36,468 bases of DNA from Actinomycetes bacterium (GTDB lineage: Bacteria; Actinomycetota; Acidimicrobiia; IMCC26256). How positions within the stretch are numbered: the stretch's first letter is position 1; the number at the start of each line of letters is the position of its first letter. Of the stretch, positions 28,626-36,468 are shown in pieces. A program made the translations under genes and the position numbers. The stretch is taken from the NCBI GenBank assembly GCA_037132095.1, contig JBAXPT010000001.1, positions 1 to 36,468 of the forward strand, in the 5' to 3' direction. The notes below the pieces were generated by a model. That model made no database searches and had not been told where the DNA came from. It saw only the letters and a program-made list of their open reading frames with translations.

Positions 28626-28631
28626 CCATTC

Positions 28632-29084
28632 CTAACCGACTACGTCTACAGCTACTTCCGCTATTACTCCGTCGCGTATTCGGTATGCGCGCAGTACCGG
28701 GTGCCCGTGCTCTGGCTTGAGGGAGACGATCACATAGATCCAATTTGGGTTGGCAGCCGCGGTGCGCACATCGGTTGGTGATGGGTAGGCCTCTGTGTGG
28801 GTATGCGAGTGCCAGCAGCCAACCAATACCTCCCCAACTTCGTCCATAGTGTGCATGGCTCGGAGCATCTCTTTGCCATCAACTGTGTACGTAAGTGATG
28901 AAGCATCGACGTTGCTAGTTGGGAATACTTGCGTCACGACACCAGTAGGTTCCTCTAGCGCTCCGTTTGCAGGGCCTCCAAGGAGTCCGCATGCCTCATT
29001 TGGTAGGCCGTCGTAGCAGCTTGCGATGATTCGCTCGTGCTGTGACCTCGTGAGGCGCAGTGTTGGGGTTCCGGTAAATGCCAC
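28632..29084 (-). CDS. mec: M67/JAB-family metallopeptidase, CysO-cysteine peptidase Mec
   Basis: PNEACGLL, WHSHTHTEAYPSPTD (JAMM motif), YVIVSL; upstream of cysO-cysM. Confidence 0.92.
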   Translation of the reverse strand: MAFTGTPTLRLTRSQHERIIASCYDGLPNEACGLLGGPANGALEEPTGVVTQVFPTSNVDASSLTYTVDGKEMLRAMHTMDEVGEVLVGCWHSHTHTEAYPSPTDVRTAAANPNWIYVIVSLKPEHGHPVLRAYRIRDGVIAEVAVDVVG

Positions 29085-29241
29085 GCCCTCAAAGGTAGCG
29101 CTAATGGCAGCCTCTCTGGAGCGCTAGCTACCTCAACAACCGAATCCGTCGCCCCAATCCCCTATCACCCGAATCCGCCGTAAGGACGGGCCGAGATGCT
29201 GCTCGCAGGTTTTTGCTTTGGAGTCCGGTAACGTCGTACCT

Positions 29242-29709
29242 ATGTCTCGCAGGGGCGACCAGATCGTCATTACGAATCGAAAAGCGCGCCACGACTACCT
29301 AATACTCGATGTATGGGAGTGCGGGATTGTCCTGCTCGGTAGCGAGGTCAAGTCGATTCGTGAGAGCCGCGCCAATCTCCTAGATGCATACGCACGGGTT
29401 GAGAACGGCGAGGTCTGGATGTATGGAATGCATGTCCAGCAGTATTCATTCTCACAGGGCGAGCATGATCCGGTCCGACGCCGAAAACTCCTACTGAATG
29501 CGAAAGAGATAATTGAGATCTCACTACGCACCCAGGAGAAGGGGCTCACGCTTGTGCCGATGCGTGTCTACTTCAAGGATGGCCGCGCCAAGATCGAGCT
29601 TGGGTTAGCGCGCGGTAAGCGCTCATACGACAAGCGCCATGCAATAGCCGAGCGCGACGCCAACAGAGACACTGCACGCGCACTGAAAGAACGCCAACGC
29701 GATCACTAA
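29242..29709 (+). CDS. smpB: SsrA-binding protein
   Basis: NRKARHDY, GSEVKSIR, RRRKLLL, GKRSYDKR. ATG 29242 lies 7 nt after TAACGT. Confidence 0.98.
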   Translation: MSRRGDQIVITNRKARHDYLILDVWECGIVLLGSEVKSIRESRANLLDAYARVENGEVWMYGMHVQQYSFSQGEHDPVRRRKLLLNAKEIIEISLRTQEKGLTLVPMRVYFKDGRAKIELGLARGKRSYDKRHAIAERDANRDTARALKERQRDH

Positions 29710-29731
29710 TACAAACAAATTGGAGACTCAA

Positions 29732-30496
29732 ATGGATACAGAAATAGCAAAACTTCGAAGACTAAATATCGGTGCCGGATTCCTACATCTTGCTTCGCTT
29801 ATAGGGATTCTGCTTCTCTCTACTTCATTCTCTTTACCGGTCAACGCCACATATATGACTGATGCTCCCGGGACAGGCAACTTTGCAGACCCGGTGAATC
29901 TCTTCAACGTCAACCTTGCGTACATGATTGTGGCCTTCTTGGCGCTCTCAGCCTTTTTCCACTTTCTAATAAGTACGCCTGCGATGTTTGCTCGTTATGA
30001 AGCCGGATTGAAGAAGAACATCAACGTTTTCAGGTGGGTCGAGTATTCGCTCTCCTCATCAATCATGATTGTTGTGATTCTCCAGCTAAATGGCACAACC
30101 GATTACATCGCACTGCTTGCAATCTTTGGCGTGAACCTCTCAATGATCTTGTTCGGTTGGCTCCAGGAGAAGTACACGACACCGGGAGATGGCGACTTCT
30201 TGCCATTCATCTTTGGATGTATCGCTGGGATCATTCCGTGGATCGCGGTAGGACTTAGCCTCGCATCGCCGAAGGGACCACCCGGGGCGACCGCTCCAGG
30301 ATTCGTCTACGGCATCGTCATTTCGCTCTTTCTTCTCTTCAACTGCTTCGCGATCGTTCAGTGGAGGCAGTACAAGGCGAAGGGTAAATGGAGCAATTAC
30401 CTGCGCGGCGAGAAGATCTACATTGTGCTCAGCCTGATAGCGAAGTCTGCGCTCGCTTGGCAGATATTCGCCGGGACCCTCGCCCCGACTAATTGA
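29732..30496 (+). CDS. heR: Heliorhodopsin
   Basis: 7-TM pattern; RRLN...FLH (TM1 His), AFFH (TM2 His), NVFRWVEYSLSSSIM (Arg and counterion Glu), LSLIAKSALAWQIF (retinal Lys). GGAG RBS at 29722. Confidence 0.96.
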   Translation: MDTEIAKLRRLNIGAGFLHLASLIGILLLSTSFSLPVNATYMTDAPGTGNFADPVNLFNVNLAYMIVAFLALSAFFHFLISTPAMFARYEAGLKKNINVFRWVEYSLSSSIMIVVILQLNGTTDYIALLAIFGVNLSMILFGWLQEKYTTPGDGDFLPFIFGCIAGIIPWIAVGLSLASPKGPPGATAPGFVYGIVISLFLLFNCFAIVQWRQYKAKGKWSNYLRGEKIYIVLSLIAKSALAWQIFAGTLAPTN

Positions 30497-30499
30497 GTC

Positions 30500-30517
30500 G
30501 GGAGGCTCCGGCCTCCC
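30500..30517 (+). terminator. Hairpin after heliorhodopsin, candidate terminator
   Basis: GGGAGGC-TCCG-GCCTCCC, 3 nt after the stop; weak U-tract. Confidence 0.5.
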
Positions 30518-30613
30518 TCTAATGTCGCCAATTCTGCGCCGTGGGAATAGAAGTCCCCGGTTAGGCGTAGTATCCCTTCGTGGCCCCCGGCGCACCCGGG
30601 GCCCACTTGACAA

Positions 30614-30965
30614 GGGGGTGCGTGGCTTCGATCTCGAGGATCGAGGTGGGTGAAGCGAGCCGAGGTCGTCAGATCCTCGTTAAAGAGCTGGCAAAAATAA
30701 ACACATGCCGAGGACAACCTCGCACTAGCTGCCTAAGAAATTAGTTAGCTCGTCTCTAACGGCCCCGCCATTCGGCCGCCTTGGGACGTCATCTTGAGTG
30801 GCTTACCGTCTAGCTGCGCCTCAGGGCCGGACGGAACATCTAATGAGGCTGGGGTTACTGCAGTGCCGCCGGTGAGCGGTGGTGACCCGAGATCAATCAC
30901 CGGCTCCGCTCGGAGAAGCCCCACCAACAGCTCGGGAGACGCGGGTTCGACCCCCGCCACCTCCA
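30614..30965 (+). ncRNA. ssrA: tmRNA
   Basis: Acceptor GGGGGTG/CACCTCC-A with G3-U pair; T-arm GCGGG-TTCGACC-CCCGC; tag ORF 30707-30736 encodes AEDNLALAA*; near smpB. Confidence 0.97.
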
Positions 30966-30980
30966 CCTAATACCCCTTGT

Positions 30981-31018
30981 GCGACAGTGCCCCGGCCAAA
31001 TGGTCGGGGCACTGTCGC
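30981..31018 (+). terminator. Long hairpin terminator after ssrA
   Basis: GCGACAGTGCCCCGGCCA-AA-TGGTCGGGGCACTGTCGC (one G-T pair). Confidence 0.8.
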
Positions 31019-31242
31019 GTGCATAGGTAATTTCAGAGGATCACGCGGGAGTTTTGTCATCGAGACACGAATTACAACGCTGTGGTTAAAATCGGCACCG
31101 ATCTATACGGAATGTTGTATTTAATGTCGTAAGCCAGCGATGTCTCCCGACTCGAGTCTTGGCGCTGAGACGAAGTTCATCGCATTGACGCGGAACCCAA
31201 ATCACACGTGCCATACTGATCCCCGACGAAGACAGGGGAGAG

Positions 31243-32541
31243 TTGTTGATGGCACTACGTGCTCAGCGAGCATTATGGCGACGATCGACAAGTCTCGCCA
31301 TCGTCATGGTTGCCGCCATTCCACTGTTTCTTACGCGAATTGATGGCGCAGCCGCCTCTCCCACCTGCGACCCTTCAGTGCCTGCAAGCTGCTCCCTGCG
31401 ACAACTCGCGGATCTTGCGGGCATCCGTATTGGTGCAACAGCGGAGCCCTACGAGATCACAGACCCTGCCTACGCATCGGTGCTCGCCCGTGAGTTCAAT
31501 TCAATAACACCCGAGAACGCACTCAAGTGGTATGCCACCCAACCGAGCAATGGCACTTGGGATTTCTCTGGAGCCGACGAGATCGTGCGCTTCGCCGATG
31601 ACAACGACATGACCATCAGGGGACACACCCTTGTTTGGGCACAGGACGCCTTCACGCTGGCTTGGGTAAAGAGCATCACGGATCCCGTCGCGCTGAAGAC
31701 TGTCGTCGAGAACCACATCACAGCCACGATGAACCACTTTGCGGGCAAGATCCATCGATGGGATGTGGTGAACGAACCCTTGGCCAGTGTCGGCACAGGT
31801 CAATCCACCAGCGTCTTCTGGAGCCTCGGCCCCGGGTGGATCGCCGATGCGTTCCGTCTTGCTCACACTCTCGACCCAAGCGCTGAGCTCTGGCTGAACG
31901 AGTACGGAACCGACTGGGTACCGGGCAAGCATGAGGCCCTGGTTGCTCTTGTCTCTGACCTCGTCGACGCGGGAGTCCCCATCAATGGTGTCGGACTTCA
32001 GATGCACCGACTGCCTGGCGCGGTGCTTGATACGGACAGGTTCGCGTCGCAGATGCGCGACTTCACTGCGCTCGGCCTCGAGGTGGCAGTCACCGAACTA
32101 GACGTTCCCGTCGCCCCAACTGATCCCGGCGCCCTCCAGTCGCAGGCCTCGGAGTACGCACGAGTCGTTAGCGCGTGTCTGATGGTTGATGGTTGCGTCG
32201 AAGTAACCCTTTGGGGACTCACCGACGGTTCAACTTGGCTCGATTCCGCCGGGATCTTCGCCACCCCGACGCGTCCCTTGCTGTTCGACAATGCCTTCGC
32301 CCCGAAACCTGCCTACGACGCAGTTCGAGGAGTCTTGGCCGAGGCCGTCTCGCCTTCTCCGCCTTCTGTCACCCAGCCCCCACAGATCACAACCGCCTCG
32401 AAACCAACGCTTCCCGCTACCGGTGCCAGCACGGCGCTACTCGCGGCTGCCGGTCTGCTTCTCGTCGCCGGAGGACTCCTCGTCTCCCGAGCAGCGAGCT
32501 TTGGGAATCAAAGACGCATACAGAACGAGAGCATTGAGTAG
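31243..32541 (+). CDS. GH10 endo-1,4-beta-xylanase with signal peptide and LPXTG sortase anchor
   Basis: ITPENALKW, RGHTLVW, WDVVNEP (acid/base), GLQMH, VTELD (nucleophile); Pro/Thr linker, LPATG, hydrophobic stretch, RR tail. Exact start uncertain. Confidence 0.93.
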   Translation: MLMALRAQRALWRRSTSLAIVMVAAIPLFLTRIDGAAASPTCDPSVPASCSLRQLADLAGIRIGATAEPYEITDPAYASVLAREFNSITPENALKWYATQPSNGTWDFSGADEIVRFADDNDMTIRGHTLVWAQDAFTLAWVKSITDPVALKTVVENHITATMNHFAGKIHRWDVVNEPLASVGTGQSTSVFWSLGPGWIADAFRLAHTLDPSAELWLNEYGTDWVPGKHEALVALVSDLVDAGVPINGVGLQMHRLPGAVLDTDRFASQMRDFTALGLEVAVTELDVPVAPTDPGALQSQASEYARVVSACLMVDGCVEVTLWGLTDGSTWLDSAGIFATPTRPLLFDNAFAPKPAYDAVRGVLAEAVSPSPPSVTQPPQITTASKPTLPATGASTALLAAAGLLLVAGGLLVSRAASFGNQRRIQNESIE

Positions 32542-32651
32542 CACCCGAAACCTGAAGTCGCCTCTGTACCCGAGCACGTCTCCTCGCCCCGTAACTGTGC
32601 CAGGGCTTACCCGGCAGTAGTCGGAGCCCTGTCAATAACAGCGACTCGGAT

Positions 32652-33389
32652 CTAGGGGCGCGCGATCGTGGGCGAGCGCATTAGCAAAACGTTGTCAAGC
32701 TTTAGATCGCTCCCCCATATCAACGAAGCCGAGGGGTCCCAGGTCACCATCGTGTAGTCACCGTGGGCCCCGACCTGCACGGCCGTGTAGACGTTGACGT
32801 TCGGCCATGACGCGTCATCGAATGACGGTGCCGCCCATTCGGTCGGCGTCGCTATCGACTCGTGCTCGCAATCGGTAATCGGATTAGCGGATGTCACACA
32901 CGATGGGTTGAGCGGCGCGCGCTGGACTACGAGAGTCCTCCATTTCGCGTTCGTGGCGGCAACGACTCGCCCGGTGGCTTCGTCACTAATCTGAGCGATC
33001 ACTCCTCCGTCGCCGATCTGTTGCTGTGGGGTGCCGATGTACTCGAGGCCCGACGAATCTTCGATGTAGTCCTTGGCGAGCACCGCTACGGTAAGTGGGT
33101 AGGTGGCCGTAAAGGTGATGCGCTCCTTGTTAAAAGAGCGCTGCGTTGTAATCGGGACTGAATCCTCACCCACAAGCTTGCCATTGACGTATAGAGCAAA
33201 CCAATTATCGCCCCAGATGTCAGCAACAAATTTTGTCGGCGCGCCCGACGCGCTGGTTGAGGTAGACACAGCGGTATTGCTCGTTGGCTTCGAGGTGTTG
33301 TTTGACGACGTCGAGGAGCTGCAAGCGGCGAGCGCGAGCATGATAAGAGCGAGGGCGGCAACGTTACGGGGGCGGGTTAATTGGGTCAT
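32652..33389 (-). CDS. Lipoprotein of unknown function (probable beta-sandwich domain)
   Basis: LAAC lipobox, Ser/Thr linker, DNWFALYVNG, GDGG, W..PSFDDASW. Confidence 0.8.
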   Translation of the reverse strand: MTQLTRPRNVAALALIMLALAACSSSTSSNNTSKPTSNTAVSTSTSASGAPTKFVADIWGDNWFALYVNGKLVGEDSVPITTQRSFNKERITFTATYPLTVAVLAKDYIEDSSGLEYIGTPQQQIGDGGVIAQISDEATGRVVAATNAKWRTLVVQRAPLNPSCVTSANPITDCEHESIATPTEWAAPSFDDASWPNVNVYTAVQVGAHGDYTMVTWDPSASLIWGSDLKLDNVLLMRSPTIARP

Positions 33390-33512
33390 GGGAGTGAAGG
33401 TACCTCACTCGGAACCCAACAGCGCGCTCCGCGTGGAACATCTCAGGCAATTCTTAGGAACCACTTAGCAAACGGGAGTGGGCGACCGCTGTGTCTAGTG
33501 AGTGAAGGTTTC

Positions 33513-34067
33513 TCAAGCGCCTATCTGTGCGAGACGTTCCTTGACCATCAGTCGCAGTAAGGGCGCATCAATCTTCCAATCCACTGGTACCTGCACGGTC
33601 TTTTTGTTTACCTTCAGACCTTTGAGCCGGGCGAGGACCGTCTCGGAGATCCCGCCCCAAGGGGCAAGAAGAAGGTGATTCTTCGCTCCCATCAGACCGA
33701 AGATGTAGTCCTTACCCATGCGCAGCATCGGTTGGTTCCAAGCGATTACCAACTCAAGGTCGGGGTACTTCGAGAGGATTGCAGCGAAGACCGCTCGCGC
33801 AGTCTCCTCCCGTTCGCCGCCGAGGCTTAGGAAGTAATCCTCCGGAGTCGCAACTCGTCGACTACTCGTAGACCCACGCGCGTACATCACAAGAGCGTTC
33901 GCGTGCGTTTGACTGAAACCGAATTTCTCGCGAAGCAGCGAGATCTGATCGGCATATTTCGCATCGCCTAAATCGCTAAGCGCCTGCAAGTAGAACGTGA
34001 CGGGTTTGCCATATTTCTTCTCAATTGCAGGGAAATAAGCGGAACGATCGCTCGATGTTTGAGGCAT
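33513..34067 (-). CDS. DUF4287 + DUF1801 (YdhG-like) domain protein
   Basis: YFPAIEKKYG...HANALV at the N-terminus; IAWNQP...VKERLA at the C-terminus. Confidence 0.8.
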   Translation of the reverse strand: MPQTSSDRSAYFPAIEKKYGKPVTFYLQALSDLGDAKYADQISLLREKFGFSQTHANALVMYARGSTSSRRVATPEDYFLSLGGEREETARAVFAAILSKYPDLELVIAWNQPMLRMGKDYIFGLMGAKNHLLLAPWGGISETVLARLKGLKVNKKTVQVPVDWKIDAPLLRLMVKERLAQIGA

Positions 34068-34169
34068 GCCAAGAGGATACCTTTGAGGGCGAATTAGCTA
34101 AAGCCAAAACTGGTCGGTTCTAGGCCGCGGCGTCCCTGCGGAGCGGCGATCAATCAACTCGCCTAATAA

Positions 34170-34520
34170 CTACCGAGCGAGCTGAAGCGCAGCAGTTACT
34201 GCAGCCATTAGAAATAGGAAAATCGCCGGCAGCGACTCCTTGATTGGTTCTTTGATTCGAACATGCGCAGCAACTGCGCAGAGGAAATAAAGAGCGAGAC
34301 CAATTGCAGCTGCGGCACCAAGCGGCTGAACCCAAATGCCGATTATCAAACCCAAGGCCCCAAGAATCTCGAGAGCTGCCAGCAACGGGATTCGATTCTC
34401 AGGTACACCTACGCCGGTGAGTGTTGCGATCACCTTTGGTTGACGACTGAGTTTCCCGATGCCAGACAGCGTCGCGGCCAGACCAGTAAATGCTCCGAAG
34501 ATAATTAGTGCAGTGTTCAT
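34170..34520 (-). CDS. DoxX family membrane protein
   Basis: 116 aa, 4 TM; SGIGKL, LEILGALGL, GL..YF..AV.AHVR. Confidence 0.88.
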   Translation of the reverse strand: MNTALIIFGAFTGLAATLSGIGKLSRQPKVIATLTGVGVPENRIPLLAALEILGALGLIIGIWVQPLGAAAAIGLALYFLCAVAAHVRIKEPIKESLPAIFLFLMAAVTAALQLAR

Positions 34521-34597
34521 AACTAACTCTCGCTTCCGATGGGTTGGGCCCGAGGCGGGCAGTACTAGGACGAACGGCGTCTAATGCCGGAGCCGAA

Positions 34598-34909
34598 TTA
34601 GCGCCCTGGGGGTGCGTGGATAATCGAGACTGAGTGGGTCGTGGTTGATGCATGGCGAAATGCAGCCAACTCCCGATACTCGGGAGAGTTCCACCACGCT
34701 AGGCAGGCTTCCTCAGAGTCGAAACCGATTATCACAGTGCGCCCACCCTCGCGTTCTCCTTCAAGCATCATGGGAGCGTCGTCGTAGGTAATGAAGCGCC
34801 CACCGTGGGCTTTGAGTATTGGGAAGAAGCCGCTCTCATACTTGCGATACCCATCGCGATCATTCACAGTGAAATGGGCGATGAAGTGCACTGGCGATGC
34901 ATCGGGCAT
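34598..34909 (-). CDS. DUF1330 domain protein
   Basis: Y...HGGRF, LEG, RTVIIGFDS, WWNSPEY...R. ATG 34909 has an AGGAG RBS. Confidence 0.9.
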   Translation of the reverse strand: MPDASPVHFIAHFTVNDRDGYRKYESGFFPILKAHGGRFITYDDAPMMLEGEREGGRTVIIGFDSEEACLAWWNSPEYRELAAFRHASTTTHSVSIIHAPPGR

Positions 34910-35036
34910 TCTTGCTCCTACGGTAAAAGTTTGAACGGGTCTTAAGTGGCTGTAATACGTGAACCGTACGTGGTTTCTGCGGTAAGTCGCGCCATGGGCG
35001 GTCATTGACGGAAAAGTGGGGAGGTACGCTCCCTTT

Positions 35037-35648
35037 ATGCCCGCACGAAAAACTACTAGCGACCAGACCGCTCAGGCTTTGCTCGATGCAATGGTTGCGG
35101 AGATTAGGCGAGTGGGGATTAAGAACGCTCGGGTCTCAATTGTTTTGAGCGAGGTCAATGTCTCACCTAGCTCTCTCTATCACCATTGGGGAAGCAAGGA
35201 GGAGCTAGTCAGTGCAGCCCAACTAGAGATCTCTCGTGCTGATCTACTGAACGAAGATGCAAATATTCTCGAGGTCGGCAAGCACCTCTCTACGCACGAA
35301 GCGTTCCTAACCTTCATCTCATCCCAATTAAGGCGAGCAGTAACAGACGCGGCAAACACTCCAGTGAGAGAGGCTCGCATAATTGCTGCGGCATCCTCCT
35401 TCGGGAACCCCGATTTTCCCTCGGGGCTCTCTCGCCCTCAACGAACGCTGATCGAGGCGACCACGGAGTTATTCCGCACCGCACAGGAGCGAGGCATCGC
35501 CAACCCGGATGTTGATCCATACGCTTATGCAGCATTTTTTCATGGCCTAACGCTCAGCTTCGCCTTAATAAGCAGGAACCTCACCGAGGTTGAGGACTGG
35601 CTCGCAATCGCGATACCAGCGGCGCTTGCTCCCCTCCGCATGAAATAG
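35037..35648 (+). CDS. TetR/AcrR family transcriptional regulator
   Basis: HTH ending SLYHHWGSKEEL. ATG 35037 lies 6 nt after TACGCT. Confidence 0.9.
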   Translation: MPARKTTSDQTAQALLDAMVAEIRRVGIKNARVSIVLSEVNVSPSSLYHHWGSKEELVSAAQLEISRADLLNEDANILEVGKHLSTHEAFLTFISSQLRRAVTDAANTPVREARIIAAASSFGNPDFPSGLSRPQRTLIEATTELFRTAQERGIANPDVDPYAYAAFFHGLTLSFALISRNLTEVEDWLAIAIPAALAPLRMK

Positions 35649-35719
35649 CTACTGCCCGTCGTGGCGTAGAATCTTCTCTCAATGTTTTGACCCCTAAATA
35701 AGAAATGACTGAGGACTCA

Positions 35720-36468
35720 ATGAGCAAGACTGTGATGATCACCGGCGCAGGTTCCGGGTTTGGGAAGGCAGCAAGTATCGCTCTTGCCGAGCGAGGCCAC
35801 CATGTGATCGCTACCACTGAGACCGATGCCCATGTTGAGGAGCTTCGTGCCGAGGCGCCCGAACTTCAAGTGGAGCGAATTGATATAACCAACGCCCAAG
35901 ACATCGAGAAGGTCGCTGGTTGGGAGGTTGACGTACTGATTAATAACGCTGGAGTCGGGCAGACAGGGCCGCTCGCTGATGTTCCGATGGAGCGAGTTCG
36001 ACGCACCTTTGAGGTCAACGTCTTTGGGACACTCGCCGTTACTCAAGCTGTCGTTAAAGGAATGGCGACACGTGGGTCTGGAAGGATCATCATCGTCTCC
36101 TCGATAGCGGGAGTCGCCGTTGCCCCAACATTTGGCCCGTATGCAATGACAAAGCATGCGCTTCAAGCAATGGGGAAGGCAATGCGCGCCGAGCTCGCGC
36201 CGCTCGGCATTGATGTGACCCTTCTCAACCCAGGTCCATATCAGACAGGGTTCAACGACAGGATGGCCGATTCAATGTGGGAGTGGTTCGGCGCAGAGTC
36301 TGTCAACGCCCCCGCAACCGATGTATTCAAGATGATCAGTGGATTCGTGACCACAGGGCAGATGGACCCCGCCGAGGTAGTTCAGCGCATGGTCGAGTTA
36401 ACTGAGGCTGAGACCACCAACGAATCCAACTTCGTGCCCCACGAGCTAGAGGCCCAACTCACAGGGCG
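35720..36468 (+). CDS. Short-chain dehydrogenase/reductase, 3'-partial (absent from the ORF track)
   Basis: Manual translation MSKTVMITGAGSGFG...LINNAG...IVSSIAG...YAMTK...LNPGPYQTGFN; open to the window end; GAGG RBS. Confidence 0.93.
   Translation, partial: MSKTVMITGAGSGFGKAASIALAERGHHVIATTETDAHVEELRAEAPELQVERIDITNAQDIEKVAGWEVDVLINNAGVGQTGPLADVPMERVRRTFEVNVFGTLAVTQAVVKGMATRGSGRIIIVSSIAGVAVAPTFGPYAMTKHALQAMGKAMRAELAPLGIDVTLLNPGPYQTGFNDRMADSMWEWFGAESVNAPATDVFKMISGFVTTGQMDPAEVVQRMVELTEAETTNESNFVPHELEAQLTG

Noticed and set aside
31071-31086. ATTACAACGCTGTGGT as a LacI-type operator for the xylanase
   Set aside because: Poor symmetry, far from the start codon, and no LacI regulator in the window.
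29084-34091. Identical 14-mer TACCTTTGAGGGCG at the mec start (minus strand) and at 34078-34091 (plus strand)
   Set aside because: A few 14-bp matches are expected by chance in 36 kb over both strands, and the orientation relative to the genes differs.
30940-36468. Integrated prophage or ICE at ssrA
   Set aside because: No integrase and no duplicated ssrA 3' end was seen by eye; the native-looking terminator directly follows ssrA.

Overview
Chromosomal segment of an actinobacterium, most likely Acidimicrobiia. This is inferred from gene content, the mec-cysO-cysM-murI-rph-rdgB order and leaderless promoter architecture. Left to right: (1) a GH3 beta-glucosidase; (2) a putative cell-envelope glycosylation locus with an acyltransferase-3, a broken GT2 remnant missed by the ORF track, three tandem translationally coupled ~600-640 aa GT-C-like membrane paralogues, and a divergent operon of a small protein, a GMC oxidoreductase and two NAD-dependent epimerases; (3) two GGDEF proteins, four tRNAs (Arg-UCU, His-GUG, Lys-CUU, Leu-UAG), an orphan OmpR-type regulator, SDRs and hypotheticals; (4) the mec-cysO-cysM-sua5-murI-MBL-rph-rdgB cluster, split between mec and cysO by a DUF222-HNH nuclease gene with its own PafBC-type promoter and an overlapping LexA box; (5) smpB followed 22 nt later by a heliorhodopsin gene, then ssrA (tmRNA); (6) an accessory stretch after ssrA with an LPATG-anchored GH10 xylanase, a lipoprotein, DUF4287/DUF1801, DoxX, DUF1330, TetR and an SDR running off the right edge. 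No CRISPR array, rRNA, integrase or classical transposase was seen. The three best leads are the DNA-damage-regulated DUF222-HNH insertion, the smpB-heliorhodopsin-ssrA arrangement and the GT-C/GMC/epimerase locus. All family assignments come from motif recognition by eye; no database search was run.
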